A stretch of 64,000 bases of DNA from contig JAZSOO010000003.1 of NCBI GenBank assembly GCA_045536935.1, positions 2,281 to 66,280 on the forward strand, read 5' to 3'. The first letter of the stretch is position 1. Each line of letters opens with the position of its first letter. The stretch comes from Eubacteriales bacterium (GTDB lineage: Bacteria > Bacillota > Clostridia > Oscillospirales > CAG-382). The notes beneath the pieces were generated by a model. The model ran no database searches. It worked only from the letters and a program-made list of their open reading frames with translations, and had not been told where the DNA came from. Shown here one piece after another: positions 35,901 to 44,382 of the stretch. The position numbers and the translations under genes were made by a program.

Positions 35901-38331
35901 TATAGAAAAGACCGCTTTTTATCATAACCGCAGAAGTTGACGCTGTTTCAAGAACAAGATTTCCGTTTGTTATATCGTAAACACGGTTTCCGACGGCAAA
36001 ATAGCCTTCTGCAAAGCAGACCTTCTTGCCGTAGAGAGCAAAGTTTGTATCAAATTCCGTGATCAGATTTGTCGTCAGGTCAAGTATTCTGACGGTATTA
36101 TCGGAAGAAGGAGCAATGAAACAGAGATTTCCTTTGTCGTAAATTGCTTTTTCGGGGATAAAGCCAAGCTCGAGAATCGGTTCTGCTTCGAGCGTTTCGG
36201 GGTTGATCCTTGAAAGAAAGCCGTTTACGGAAACGAAAAGGTTATTTTCGGCAAAGATATAAAGCTCTGCACCTTCATAAACGAAGGTCTCTTTTATCGC
36301 CGTTTCGCCTTCAAGGGCGGTTTCACGGTCGATGACCGTTATGCCGTTGTCGCCGAAAAGAAGAAGGTCTGTTTCGGTGAAGATGTGCGAATAAACACGT
36401 CCGATCTCAAGAAAATGCAAATATTGTTCGGGCTTGGTCATATCATAGACTGCCGTACCGATAAGAGAATCGTTATAAACGAAGAAATATCCTTTTTCTT
36501 CGTCAATAGCAGCCGTAGCGTTGCCGTAATCGCTTTCATAAACCGTTGCGTATGGGAACGTTATCTCAAAGGAATATTTCTTCGAAACAGCCTCGTTACC
36601 GCTGAATACTTCAAGAGTGTGTTTTCCTTCGGTCATAACGGCGATCTCGCCATAGACCGATTTTCCGTCAAGCTCTGCTCTGCCGTCACCGATGATGTGG
36701 ATATTGATGGGGTCGGTATATTTTCCGCCGTCCTTAACACCGTAAACGGTGGGAAGTGCGTACTGAACGTAAATTTCGGTTTCTCTGCGTTCGTCGCCGT
36801 CGAAGAGAACGAAGGTGTGTTTGCCCGAGGCGGTTATTTTGTCCTTCGATCTATAGGGGAAACCGTCGAGAGTTGCCGTGCCACGCTCGAATTCAAAATA
36901 GGAATATGTCGGGAATTCTCTGTAATCGTAATAGAGGGGGTCGTAATTGAGGTTGAATTTGACCGTCTTGCTGTTTTCTCCGTCGGTTACTGTGAGAGTG
37001 TGTTTTCCGTTGGTAATAATCGTTTCGCCGTCTTCGATAGGCTCGCCGTCGAGGAGAGCAGTGCCTCGGTTGAATCTGATAGTCACACCGTCGGTATAAA
37101 CACCGCCGTTTGAAACACCCGTGATTATAGGAAGCCTTGAAGCCTTCAATATCTTTTGTGCGTCGATAATGCCGTGTCCGAGAGTATTCGTGCGTTTCTG
37201 TCCGCAGGTTTCGACGATAAGCGCAAGAAATTCTTCGTTGTCGAATCTTGCTCCCTTGTCAATATGCGATGCGGTAAGTGCTGCAATTCCGCTTACCAAT
37301 GCGCAGGAATAGCTTGTGCCGGAATCGGTCTTGTATTTAGAAACACCGTCTTCGACGTATGCGATAGGAAGCTCTTCGCCGTAAGCGGCAACGTCAACGG
37401 CATCGTTATACTGTGAAAAACTGCTTCTCTTGCCGTTTTCGTTGCAGGACGCAACCGAGATAACACCGTTATAAGAGGCAGGATAGCATTTCTGGTCGGC
37501 ATAGGGAAGCTCGCCGCCGTTGCCTGCCGCCGCAATAAGAATACAGCCTTTGGAAACGGCATAATCGATAGCCTCCTGCTCTGCCTGCGAAGAAGCATAT
37601 CCGCCGATAGACATATTGATGACCTTTGCGCCGTTATCGGCGGCATAACGTATACCGTCGATAAGGTCGGAGGAATATATATCGGTTCCGCTTTCGGAGA
37701 TTCTTACGGGGAGTATCGAAACGCCGTTTGCAATACCTGCAAAGCCGAGGGTATTGTTTGCCGTTGCGGCAATAAGACCGATAACACCCGTACCGTGTCC
37801 TACCGTATCGATATCGATACCTTCGGTTTTCGTCACGGCATCATATCCCGAAAGAATGTTTGCGTTTTGAAGCTCTTCGTGCGTGCGGTCGATGCCCGTA
37901 TCGAGAACGGCAACGATAACGTCGGTGCTGCCGAACGTTATATCCCATGCGGAATAGACCGAGAGATTTTCATAAGCAGGGATCTCGATGGGGTCGTTCG
38001 TGGTTGTGAGTGCGGTTCTTAAAGCATCGGGCTCGTAATATTCAAACAAAGAGCCGTATCTGTTGAAAAACTCCTTGTTTGCAATGACCGAATAAAGACG
38101 GAATGCGCTTTCGGAAATTGCTTTATAAGTGACTTTATCAAGAACAAAACCGATTTCTTCTTCGGTTATATCCGGCTTGAATTTAACGATATATCTGCCC
38201 GTATCTTCCGAAAAAACGGCATCGTCTTCAAACGGATTCTGTATTTGAACAGCAAAAACACTCCCTGCTGTAAGCACAACGGGGAGTATCATCAAAAATG
38301 TTAAAACAAGGGAAAGGAGGCGTTTTTTCAT
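32941..38331 (-). CDS. Giant cell-surface subtilisin-like (S8) serine protease with Ig-like, dockerin, cohesin-like and cadherin-like modules and a C-terminal TM anchor
   Basis: 1796 aa. Signal peptide. Catalytic triad contexts AVLDTGID, HGTGVIGLIAA and SGTSYSCALVSGIAAL. Repeated ~65-aa G..Y.D.V.I.F..G.A.LDG...GKHTL modules and a Big_2-like segment. Dockerin duplicate GDIDGDAFITAYDL / SDINGNGTLGDNDY. Two cadherin-like modules (LSKLEVEGFRLTPSFNPDILHY). Hydrophobic C-terminal segment VAVIAVFMSVFAFILIFI. Confidence 0.9.
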   Translation of the reverse strand: MKKRLLSLVLTFLMILPVVLTAGSVFAVQIQNPFEDDAVFSEDTGRYIVKFKPDITEEEIGFVLDKVTYKAISESAFRLYSVIANKEFFNRYGSLFEYYEPDALRTALTTTNDPIEIPAYENLSVYSAWDITFGSTDVIVAVLDTGIDRTHEELQNANILSGYDAVTKTEGIDIDTVGHGTGVIGLIAATANNTLGFAGIANGVSILPVRISESGTDIYSSDLIDGIRYAADNGAKVINMSIGGYASSQAEQEAIDYAVSKGCILIAAAGNGGELPYADQKCYPASYNGVISVASCNENGKRSSFSQYNDAVDVAAYGEELPIAYVEDGVSKYKTDSGTSYSCALVSGIAALTASHIDKGARFDNEEFLALIVETCGQKRTNTLGHGIIDAQKILKASRLPIITGVSNGGVYTDGVTIRFNRGTALLDGEPIEDGETIITNGKHTLTVTDGENSKTVKFNLNYDPLYYDYREFPTYSYFEFERGTATLDGFPYRSKDKITASGKHTFVLFDGDERRETEIYVQYALPTVYGVKDGGKYTDPINIHIIGDGRAELDGKSVYGEIAVMTEGKHTLEVFSGNEAVSKKYSFEITFPYATVYESDYGNATAAIDEEKGYFFVYNDSLIGTAVYDMTKPEQYLHFLEIGRVYSHIFTETDLLLFGDNGITVIDRETALEGETAIKETFVYEGAELYIFAENNLFVSVNGFLSRINPETLEAEPILELGFIPEKAIYDKGNLCFIAPSSDNTVRILDLTTNLITEFDTNFALYGKKVCFAEGYFAVGNRVYDITNGNLVLETASTSAVMIKSGLFYTDNRITEIETAKEKGVFPSPVSEIVIGRETMYVFGVEPYYTFIKSGPTGVTRFGAARKNEKAFGTTQTVNEFRKNLFYDKYSPVISTAASGENVYLLFKGMNSLYGFASTDLSLMPPIPLKYTPSEIIVSGGYSAVMFESADKIFLAPENNIENGAYFDISGKCSSMFVHNENIYALINGILTVYPLDNTEPTVTEIKAEKIATDGKFIYALENETLSVIGFDFAKIRSVDVNSKDFVISSVISAGKNIYALETLEPMQSFDSNVLAIKGNTVVTENGVYSLETKEYIGDLGVTEPEQAIITSDNSVVAFSKAIISVSSSGNGFEVVDTPEISGVSDSSTFLGNTKISFKNGIGFLNGAPFKSGTAVSEIGDHNFMLVLPCGRNIIYNFSIQTALSGIEFVSPQRTVSIGESVTLKIKYLPANAPTVPITFKCESDGIEIGKNGRIKAVKDGKHIVIAEAKTDYGVFRAECVITVVNTLITPKPDSNLHVDRDNGFLLGILPDTTVDALKNSLNHSEDIQILTENGEEAIGNVGTGTVVRLVKNGIVSDELKCVLTGDIDGDAFITAYDLYLIEQILRGKEYPLEAISASDINGNGTLGDNDYRALKNIILKKTEANVGTPTLNLFGKAYGQTVSKVHNGDYIDVILCLESCKNVRALSGILGYGNGLEFVKAQTIGWKAEVRDFENNLYFYAYDSNGAEIKDAFTAVISLRFRVNAPGGESTKIISENMTAVFTDRCEKIIYKPTDIILSEQSFGDFNIEFFNAYSFKFDPEINQYKATIPHNSALADINVTSPEDELVTITSLTVPDGTKTTVYITYTNEDDETSTYSIEVKRDKAPRFDSNCRLSKLEVEGFRLTPSFNPDILHYAISVPFGTEKVNIYAVAQNGTATVIIGNTALNGEKTRIPITIGAPDGEVLSYSLTVTVLPDESKPQTEPTDSDGSNNIGTTVAVIAVFMSVFAFILIFIQSKKEPFVMPKNSNNEQVE

Positions 38332-39087
38332 CTATCGGGGTTCTTCGTTTCTGCCGTCAAAACGGCGGTATATTGATTGCATCTCGTCGGTTTGGACGGT
38401 GTGCGTTTGATCGGTATAGATATAAAGGTTGTTTTCGTATATAAGTCCCTCACCGCCGTCTTTTCTGCCTTCGACGAGGACAAGAGAGGGCTTTTTGTCG
38501 TAAGAGGGGAAAACGGCACGAAGCCTTTTAGGCTCTATACCGTTATTTTTCATAGAGCAAATAAGATTTGCAAGTCTGTCGGGACGGTAGACGGCAAAAA
38601 AGCTTCCGCCGCTCTTTAACGCCCAGGACGCCGCTTCGCAGAAAAGTGAAGCCCCTCCCGAAATCTCACGTCTTGCAATAGCAAGCGGGAGAGATTCGTT
38701 GCTTTTTCCGCAATTCTTGCGCATATACGGCGGATTCGTTATAACAAAATCGGCACGTCCGCTTTCGAAAATGGATCTATAATTCTCGGCGTTACCGCAA
38801 ATGACGTTGAAACGGTCCAAAAAACCGTTCTCAGCGGAATTTTGCCTTGCGATATCGGCATATTCTTCCTGAAGCTCCAAACCCGTAAAATTACATTTGC
38901 AACCCGAAGCAAGCATAAGCAGCGGAATTACGCCCGAGCCTGTACCAAGGTCGATACCTCTGCCTTTTTTGCAACCGTCAAGGGCAAAATCGGCAAGAAG
39001 GAGAGCATCCGTGCCAAAACGGATACCGCCCTTTGGCTCTTTAAGCTTGATATCGGCATTGATTTTCGTTTCGAAGCCGTTAAACAT
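38332..39087 (-). CDS. tRNA (adenine-N6)-methyltransferase, TrmN6/YfiC-like
   Basis: SAM motif GIDLGTGSGV and catalytic NPPY (ITNPPYM). Preferred start is ATG 39087, preceded by AGGTG. Its TAG stop abuts the ATG of the protease gene (TAGATG). Confidence 0.78.
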   Translation of the reverse strand: MFNGFETKINADIKLKEPKGGIRFGTDALLLADFALDGCKKGRGIDLGTGSGVIPLLMLASGCKCNFTGLELQEEYADIARQNSAENGFLDRFNVICGNAENYRSIFESGRADFVITNPPYMRKNCGKSNESLPLAIARREISGGASLFCEAASWALKSGGSFFAVYRPDRLANLICSMKNNGIEPKRLRAVFPSYDKKPSLVLVEGRKDGGEGLIYENNLYIYTDQTHTVQTDEMQSIYRRFDGRNEEPR

Positions 39088-39170
39088 AGATAACACCTGA
39101 AATTCACATAAATAAAACAATAATGCGTCCACAATCAAATTGTGAACGCATTAAGGTTTTTACCCAAAAA

Positions 39171-39344
39171 TTACGCCTGAGGAGCGTCTACGGGGCAAAC
39201 GCCTGCACATGCGCCGCAGTCGAGACAAAGTTCAGCGTCGATAACGTATTTGCCGTCGTCAGCAACGGAGATTGCGCTTACGGGGCATTCGGACTCGCAA
39301 GTGCCGCAACCGATGCAAGCATCGTTGTTAATGATATAAGCCAT
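39171..39344 (-). CDS. 2x[4Fe-4S] ferredoxin
   Basis: 57 aa from MAYIINND (GGAGGT RBS). Two CxxCxxCxxxCP motifs (CIGCGTCESECP, CLDCGACAGVCP). Confidence 0.9.
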   Translation of the reverse strand: MAYIINNDACIGCGTCESECPVSAISVADDGKYVIDAELCLDCGACAGVCPVDAPQA

Positions 39345-39429
39345 TACATTTACCTCCAAGTATGTATTGATTAAAATATATCATAAATATTTTTTAATTT
39401 CAATAGGAAATTGATTGAAAAACAAAGAA

Positions 39430-40716
39430 TTAACAAAAAGTTTTTTCCAATGCACTCTTAAGGTCGTTAAGAATGTCGTTAATGTCCTCGATACCGACGG
39501 AAATTCGTATCAAGCCTGCATCGATACCTGCCTTAACAAGCATTTCGTCGCTTAACTGACGGTGCGTTGAGCTTGCGGGGTGAAGCACGCAGGAATGGAC
39601 CGTCGCAACGTGAACCGCATTCTTGAAAAGGGAAAGCGAATTCATAAACTTAACTGCGGTCTCTCTGCCGCCCTTGATGCAGAAGGAAACAACACCGCTT
39701 TGTCCCTTCGGGAGATATTTTTGAGCGAGGTCATAATATTTATCGCCTTCAAGTCCCGAATAATTAACGTATTCCGCATAACCGCTGTCCTTTAAGAACT
39801 TTGCAACGGTAAGAGCGTTTTCGCAATGTCTTGCAAGACGAACGTCAAGCGTTTGCATACCGAGGTCAAGAAGGAATCCTGCCTGTGCGGTGGGATAAAC
39901 ACCGAGGTCACGTACAAGCTGAACACGCATTTTGGTTATATATGCGAGCTTGCCGAAGGATTCGGTATATACAAGACCGTGATAGGATTCGTCGGGGGTG
40001 CAAAGACCTTTGAATTTATCATTTTGAGTCCAATCAAAATTACCGCTGTCAACAACACAGCCGCCAAGCTGTACTGCGTGTCCGTCCATATATTTTGAGG
40101 TGGAAAGAACAACGATGTCCGCACCGAAATCGATAGGTCTGCAAAGAACGCCCGTTGCAAAGGTGTTGTCAACGATAAGCGGAATGCCTGCCTCGTGAGC
40201 GACGGCGGCGATTCTTTCGATATCAAATACCGAAAGCGCAGGGTTTGCGATAGTTTCGCCGAAGATCAGCTTTGTGTTCGGCTTTATAAGCTTTTTAAGC
40301 TCTTCGCCGGAAATATCCTGATCAAAGAAGGTGCAATCGATGCCGAAACGCTTTAACGTTACGGAGAAGAGGTTTGTCGTTCCGCCGTATATCTTCGAAG
40401 AAACGAGTATCTCGTCGCCTGCGGAAGCAATATTCGTAACCGCAAGGAAGGATGCCGCCTGACCGGAGTTTGTACAGAGTGCCGCAACACCGCCTTCGAG
40501 GTCTGCGATCTTCTTTTCGACAAAATCAACCGTCGGGTTGGAAATACGGGAATACATGTGTCCGTCGGCGGTGAGGTCGAAAAGCTTGCCGATCTCGGAA
40601 GGAGAGCTGTAAGCATAAGTCGTGCTTTGATATATCGGGAGAGCCATAGGGCCGCCGTTTTCGGGGCTATATCCCGAATGTATACATTTTGTGGCAGGGG
40701 AGTAGTTCTTTTCCAT
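39430..40716 (-). CDS. metY: O-acetylhomoserine sulfhydrylase (aminocarboxypropyltransferase)
   Basis: 428 aa. Cys/Met PLP family with the STSKYMDGH lysine motif; length and termini are typical of OAH/OAS sulfhydrylases. Confidence 0.85.
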   Translation of the reverse strand: MEKNYSPATKCIHSGYSPENGGPMALPIYQSTTYAYSSPSEIGKLFDLTADGHMYSRISNPTVDFVEKKIADLEGGVAALCTNSGQAASFLAVTNIASAGDEILVSSKIYGGTTNLFSVTLKRFGIDCTFFDQDISGEELKKLIKPNTKLIFGETIANPALSVFDIERIAAVAHEAGIPLIVDNTFATGVLCRPIDFGADIVVLSTSKYMDGHAVQLGGCVVDSGNFDWTQNDKFKGLCTPDESYHGLVYTESFGKLAYITKMRVQLVRDLGVYPTAQAGFLLDLGMQTLDVRLARHCENALTVAKFLKDSGYAEYVNYSGLEGDKYYDLAQKYLPKGQSGVVSFCIKGGRETAVKFMNSLSLFKNAVHVATVHSCVLHPASSTHRQLSDEMLVKAGIDAGLIRISVGIEDINDILNDLKSALEKTFC

Positions 40717-40741
40717 TTTTCATCAACCTGTTTTTTATAAT

Positions 40742-41743
40742 TTATTTTTCGGATTCGCCTTTATCGAGCTTGCGGAGAAGGTTTACGCCGTCGACCCAGT
40801 TGCTCGGATAGATGACCTCGTGACGTTGGAAATCGTCGTACGAGAAGATAGTTTCAAGATGCTCTGTCGCTTGGTCTGCGGTGAGGTTGGTATCGCAAGC
40901 AGAGATGAGCTTTGTCATAGAGCTGACGTTTTTGAGATTCGATTCATTCTTAAAGAACTGATCGATCAATTGAGCAAACACGTATGCGTATACCGAGTTG
41001 TAATCCCCGCCGGAGCTTTGATCGCCGTGAGGATTATATTCGAGAAGCCATTCAAGATATGTCTTTCCGTGAACCGATTTGTTAAGATTAATCTTACCCG
41101 TGAGATTGAAATAGTAATCCGACGGCTTGGAATCGCCTTCGGGGAAGATAACGTCCTTATAGGCAGGATTCATAATAGATATGGGTTCTTTGGTTATCGT
41201 GCTTGCGATCTCGTCTGCATCGACAGTGGGACTTCCGATGAGCCTTGCAAGAGTTTTAACGGATTTTTTATCAAAGCAGAGAGCATAATCGGTCTTGATG
41301 CCCGTCATGGTGCTTACAAGCTGGCATACCGACTCCGAGGAGATCATACCGAAAAGATCACCGACAGGGACTGCAACGCCTATCTCGTTCGTAACTCTCG
41401 TTGTTTTGGGGATAGAACATTTGATAAACTGCTTTGTCTTGCCGTTTGAATCTATAAAGAAGGTTTCAAGCGCACGGTTTTCGGAATCCACACAGAATAT
41501 AACAGCCGTGAAAATATCGCCTTTTTCGTCATATTCAACGTCAGAGACCTCGGGGAAGGAGGTTTCTGTATCGGAGGTGTCCGAAACATCACCTTGCGAA
41601 ACGTCGCCCGAATTCTCTCCGTTCGGGTCGGGCAGAGCCACGATCTCGGAAAGCCAGGGAGAGATGACGTTAAGACCTATCAAAAGAAAGACGGTCAAGC
41701 TTATAACAAACGTAATTAGAAAGTTTTTGAGTGCGGAAGACAA
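40742..41743 (-). CDS. Membrane-anchored extracellular hypothetical protein
   Basis: 333 aa. TTG start 9 nt after AAGGAG. N-terminal TM segment LITFVISLTVFLLIGLNVI, then an acidic S/D/E linker. There is only a weak LCP-like impression, so no family is assigned. Confidence 0.55.
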   Translation of the reverse strand: MSSALKNFLITFVISLTVFLLIGLNVISPWLSEIVALPDPNGENSGDVSQGDVSDTSDTETSFPEVSDVEYDEKGDIFTAVIFCVDSENRALETFFIDSNGKTKQFIKCSIPKTTRVTNEIGVAVPVGDLFGMISSESVCQLVSTMTGIKTDYALCFDKKSVKTLARLIGSPTVDADEIASTITKEPISIMNPAYKDVIFPEGDSKPSDYYFNLTGKINLNKSVHGKTYLEWLLEYNPHGDQSSGGDYNSVYAYVFAQLIDQFFKNESNLKNVSSMTKLISACDTNLTADQATEHLETIFSYDDFQRHEVIYPSNWVDGVNLLRKLDKGESEK

Positions 41744-41775
41744 GTTCTCATCTCCTTGAAAGTTTTATTCGTATA

Positions 41776-41804
41776 ATTATACACCATATATAAAGGTTTG
41801 TCAA
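41776..41804 (-). promoter_or_regulatory. Consensus sigma-A promoter (hypothetical-metY operon)
   Basis: Minus strand TTGACA-17 nt-TATAAT. The leader to the TTG start is only about 25-30 nt. Confidence 0.6.
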
Positions 41805-41818
41805 TCAAATTATACTTC

Positions 41819-41847
41819 TTGACAACCGACAGGAATGGGAGTATAAT
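41819..41847 (+). promoter_or_regulatory. Consensus sigma-A promoter of the solute-binding protein gene
   Basis: TTGACA (41819-41824), 17 nt, TATAAT (41842-41847). Confidence 0.65.
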
Positions 41848-41905
41848 ATGGTAGTTAATATAGGCGGAGTATACCTACCGCCGAGAACAAGAAAGGACAG
41901 ATATT

Positions 41906-43420
41906 ATGAAAAAGCTTTTAGTTTGTCTTCTCGCATTGCTTATGGTGCTTCCTTTTGCGGTTGCCTGCAGCGGCGACAGCGACGACCAGAGCAAGGCCGG
42001 CCCCAGCAACAGCACAGGTAAGTTGACCACTCCCGTTGTCGATCTCGGAGGCAGAGAGATCAACGTTCTTTGCTGGGACTTCGGTACCGGTAACAAATCG
42101 ATCAAGGGCTACACCGGCGAAATTATGTACGATGAAAACAGCTCCAACTCGGTCGACTTGGCAAAGAAGGAAGTAGTTGCACGTGTACAGGAACTTTACA
42201 ACTGTAAGATCGTCGGCACTCTCACTTCCAACACTAACGAAACCATTCCCTCTATCGTTAAGGAACAGGTTCAGGCAGACAACCACGAATTTGATATCTG
42301 CTTTGATAACCTCGCACAGGCTTCTACCCTTGCGCTCGAAAAGTTCATTCTCGACCTTAACACCGTTCCCGGCATCAACCTTAAAGATGCTTGGTGGGAC
42401 CAGAACGCAGTTGCCGACCTTTCTATCGGCGGTAAGAACTATTTCACCTGCGGCGATATCAACACCTTCGACGACCAGGGTACTTGGGTCATCCTCTTCA
42501 ACAAATCGTTGAAAGAAAAGCAGAATATTGAAGAAGATTTCTATCAGCTCGTTCGTGACAATAAATGGACCTACGATAAGTTTGTTGAGATCTGCACCAA
42601 GAATCAGGTCACTCACGATTCCAACGGTGATAACGCTCTCGACGAGCTCGATACTTGGGCATACGGCGGCGAAAGCTTCAACATCTACGTTCACCTCGTT
42701 GCAGCAGGTATGAAGATCGCTAACAAGGACGAAGTTACCGACCTTCCCTACCTCACCGTTTCCACCGAAGCACAGACCACCTATACCGCACTCACCAAGA
42801 TCCTTGAATTCTATAACGATGAAAACACCGTTATGATCGCAGACAGCCCCACTTATGCGGCTAAATTCCCTTGGGGTACCTACAATCCCTTTGACGAAAC
42901 CGTTCACAAGGCATTCATCGAAGGCCGTGAGCTCTTCTACATGGGCGGTCTCTTCAACCTCGTATCTCTCCGTGATATGGCTGAAGGTCAGGAATTCGGT
43001 ATTCTTCCCATTCCTAAGAACAGCGCAAGCCAGGATAGATATTACCACACCGTTTCCCACAACAACGCAAGCGTAATGTTCCTTCCTGCATCTCTTCCCG
43101 CAGAAGACCTTAACAACATCGGTCTTGTAATTTCTGCTCTCGGCGAACTTTCGAAGCAGGAAGTTACTCCCGAATTCTACGATATCCAGCTTAAATACCG
43201 TGATGCAAGAGACGATGATTCCGGCGAAATGCTCGACCTCATCTTTGAATCCCGTGCATTCGACCTCGGTGCAGCATTCAACTGGGGCGCAGATGCAAAC
43301 GGTTGGGGCGGTATCCTCGGTCAGTATATGAACCTCGATCCCAACGTTGCATCCCGTTTCGAAAGCGTTTATGCTAAATCGCAGTTGGCGCTTGAAGAAT
43401 TCCTTAACAAGATCAAATAA
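41906..43420 (+). CDS. ABC-transporter extracellular solute-binding lipoprotein (sugar-type SBP)
   Basis: 504 aa. Lipobox LPFAVAC|SG. Size and pattern match family-1 SBPs. No permease or ATPase gene is adjacent. Confidence 0.8.
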   Translation: MKKLLVCLLALLMVLPFAVACSGDSDDQSKAGPSNSTGKLTTPVVDLGGREINVLCWDFGTGNKSIKGYTGEIMYDENSSNSVDLAKKEVVARVQELYNCKIVGTLTSNTNETIPSIVKEQVQADNHEFDICFDNLAQASTLALEKFILDLNTVPGINLKDAWWDQNAVADLSIGGKNYFTCGDINTFDDQGTWVILFNKSLKEKQNIEEDFYQLVRDNKWTYDKFVEICTKNQVTHDSNGDNALDELDTWAYGGESFNIYVHLVAAGMKIANKDEVTDLPYLTVSTEAQTTYTALTKILEFYNDENTVMIADSPTYAAKFPWGTYNPFDETVHKAFIEGRELFYMGGLFNLVSLRDMAEGQEFGILPIPKNSASQDRYYHTVSHNNASVMFLPASLPAEDLNNIGLVISALGELSKQEVTPEFYDIQLKYRDARDDDSGEMLDLIFESRAFDLGAAFNWGADANGWGGILGQYMNLDPNVASRFESVYAKSQLALEEFLNKIK

Positions 43421-43469
43421 GCATATCTATTAAAAGATAACTCCGCTTTTTGCGGAAAGGAGACTCCTT

Positions 43470-44324
43470 ATGGGTATATTCGAAGCGATAATATACGGAA
43501 TAATTCAGGGTATTGCGGAATTTCTTCCCATATCCAGCTCGGGCCACCTTGCATTGGCACAGAATTTCACACAGAAATTCTCGGGCGCAGAGATCAATTC
43601 CGGCGCAAACTTCACCTTCAACATTGCACTTCATCTTGCAACGTTGGTTTCGGTCTGCGTGGTTTATCGCAAAGACGTGCTCGACCTTATAAAAGGTTTC
43701 TTCTCTCTCGTCAAAAAGCTCTTCTCCGGAAAGCTTAAGGACGGACTTGATAAGGGTGAAAAATTGTTTTTGATGCTCTGCGTCGCAACCCTGCCCCTCG
43801 TTCCCGTCAAGCTTTTGGGTCTTGATGAGTCTGTCGAAGCTCTAAGCGGTATCAGCTGGGCTATCGGCATGCTCCTTATAATCAACGGAACAATGCTTTA
43901 CATAAGCGACCGCCTTGCAGCGAGAGGAACCACCGCCGAAAACGGCGGTTTCCTCCGCCCGCTCGGCGTTGGCTGTATGCAGGCGTTGGTCGGTATCCTT
44001 CCCGGTATTTCCCGTTCGGGCTCTACCATAACCGGCGGTAAGATCTTCGGTTATACCCGTGAAGAAGCGGTAAGATTTTCCTTCCTTATGTCTATCCCAG
44101 CAATCCTTGGCGCTTGCGTTTTCGAGCTCCCCGATATGTTCGAGCAGGGATTCTCTATGGATATGTTTACTCCCGTTCTTGTCGGTGCGGTCGTTGCGGC
44201 TGTTGTCGGATTCTTTGCGATAAAGCTTTTGCAGTATCTTACCAAAAACAAGAGCTTCACGTTCTTTGCGGTCTATTCGGTTATCGTCGGTATCGGCGCA
44301 ATAATCGTTGACCTTGCGTTTTAA
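43470..44324 (+). CDS. uppP: Undecaprenyl-diphosphate phosphatase
   Basis: 284 aa. QGIAEFLPISSSGH and PGISRSG.TI motifs. AAGGAGA RBS. Confidence 0.93.
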   Translation: MGIFEAIIYGIIQGIAEFLPISSSGHLALAQNFTQKFSGAEINSGANFTFNIALHLATLVSVCVVYRKDVLDLIKGFFSLVKKLFSGKLKDGLDKGEKLFLMLCVATLPLVPVKLLGLDESVEALSGISWAIGMLLIINGTMLYISDRLAARGTTAENGGFLRPLGVGCMQALVGILPGISRSGSTITGGKIFGYTREEAVRFSFLMSIPAILGACVFELPDMFEQGFSMDMFTPVLVGAVVAAVVGFFAIKLLQYLTKNKSFTFFAVYSVIVGIGAIIVDLAF

Positions 44325-44382
44325 TTGGTTTTAATTAAAAAACACCCCCTAAAAGCCGTCATTGGCTATAAAGGAGTAACAA

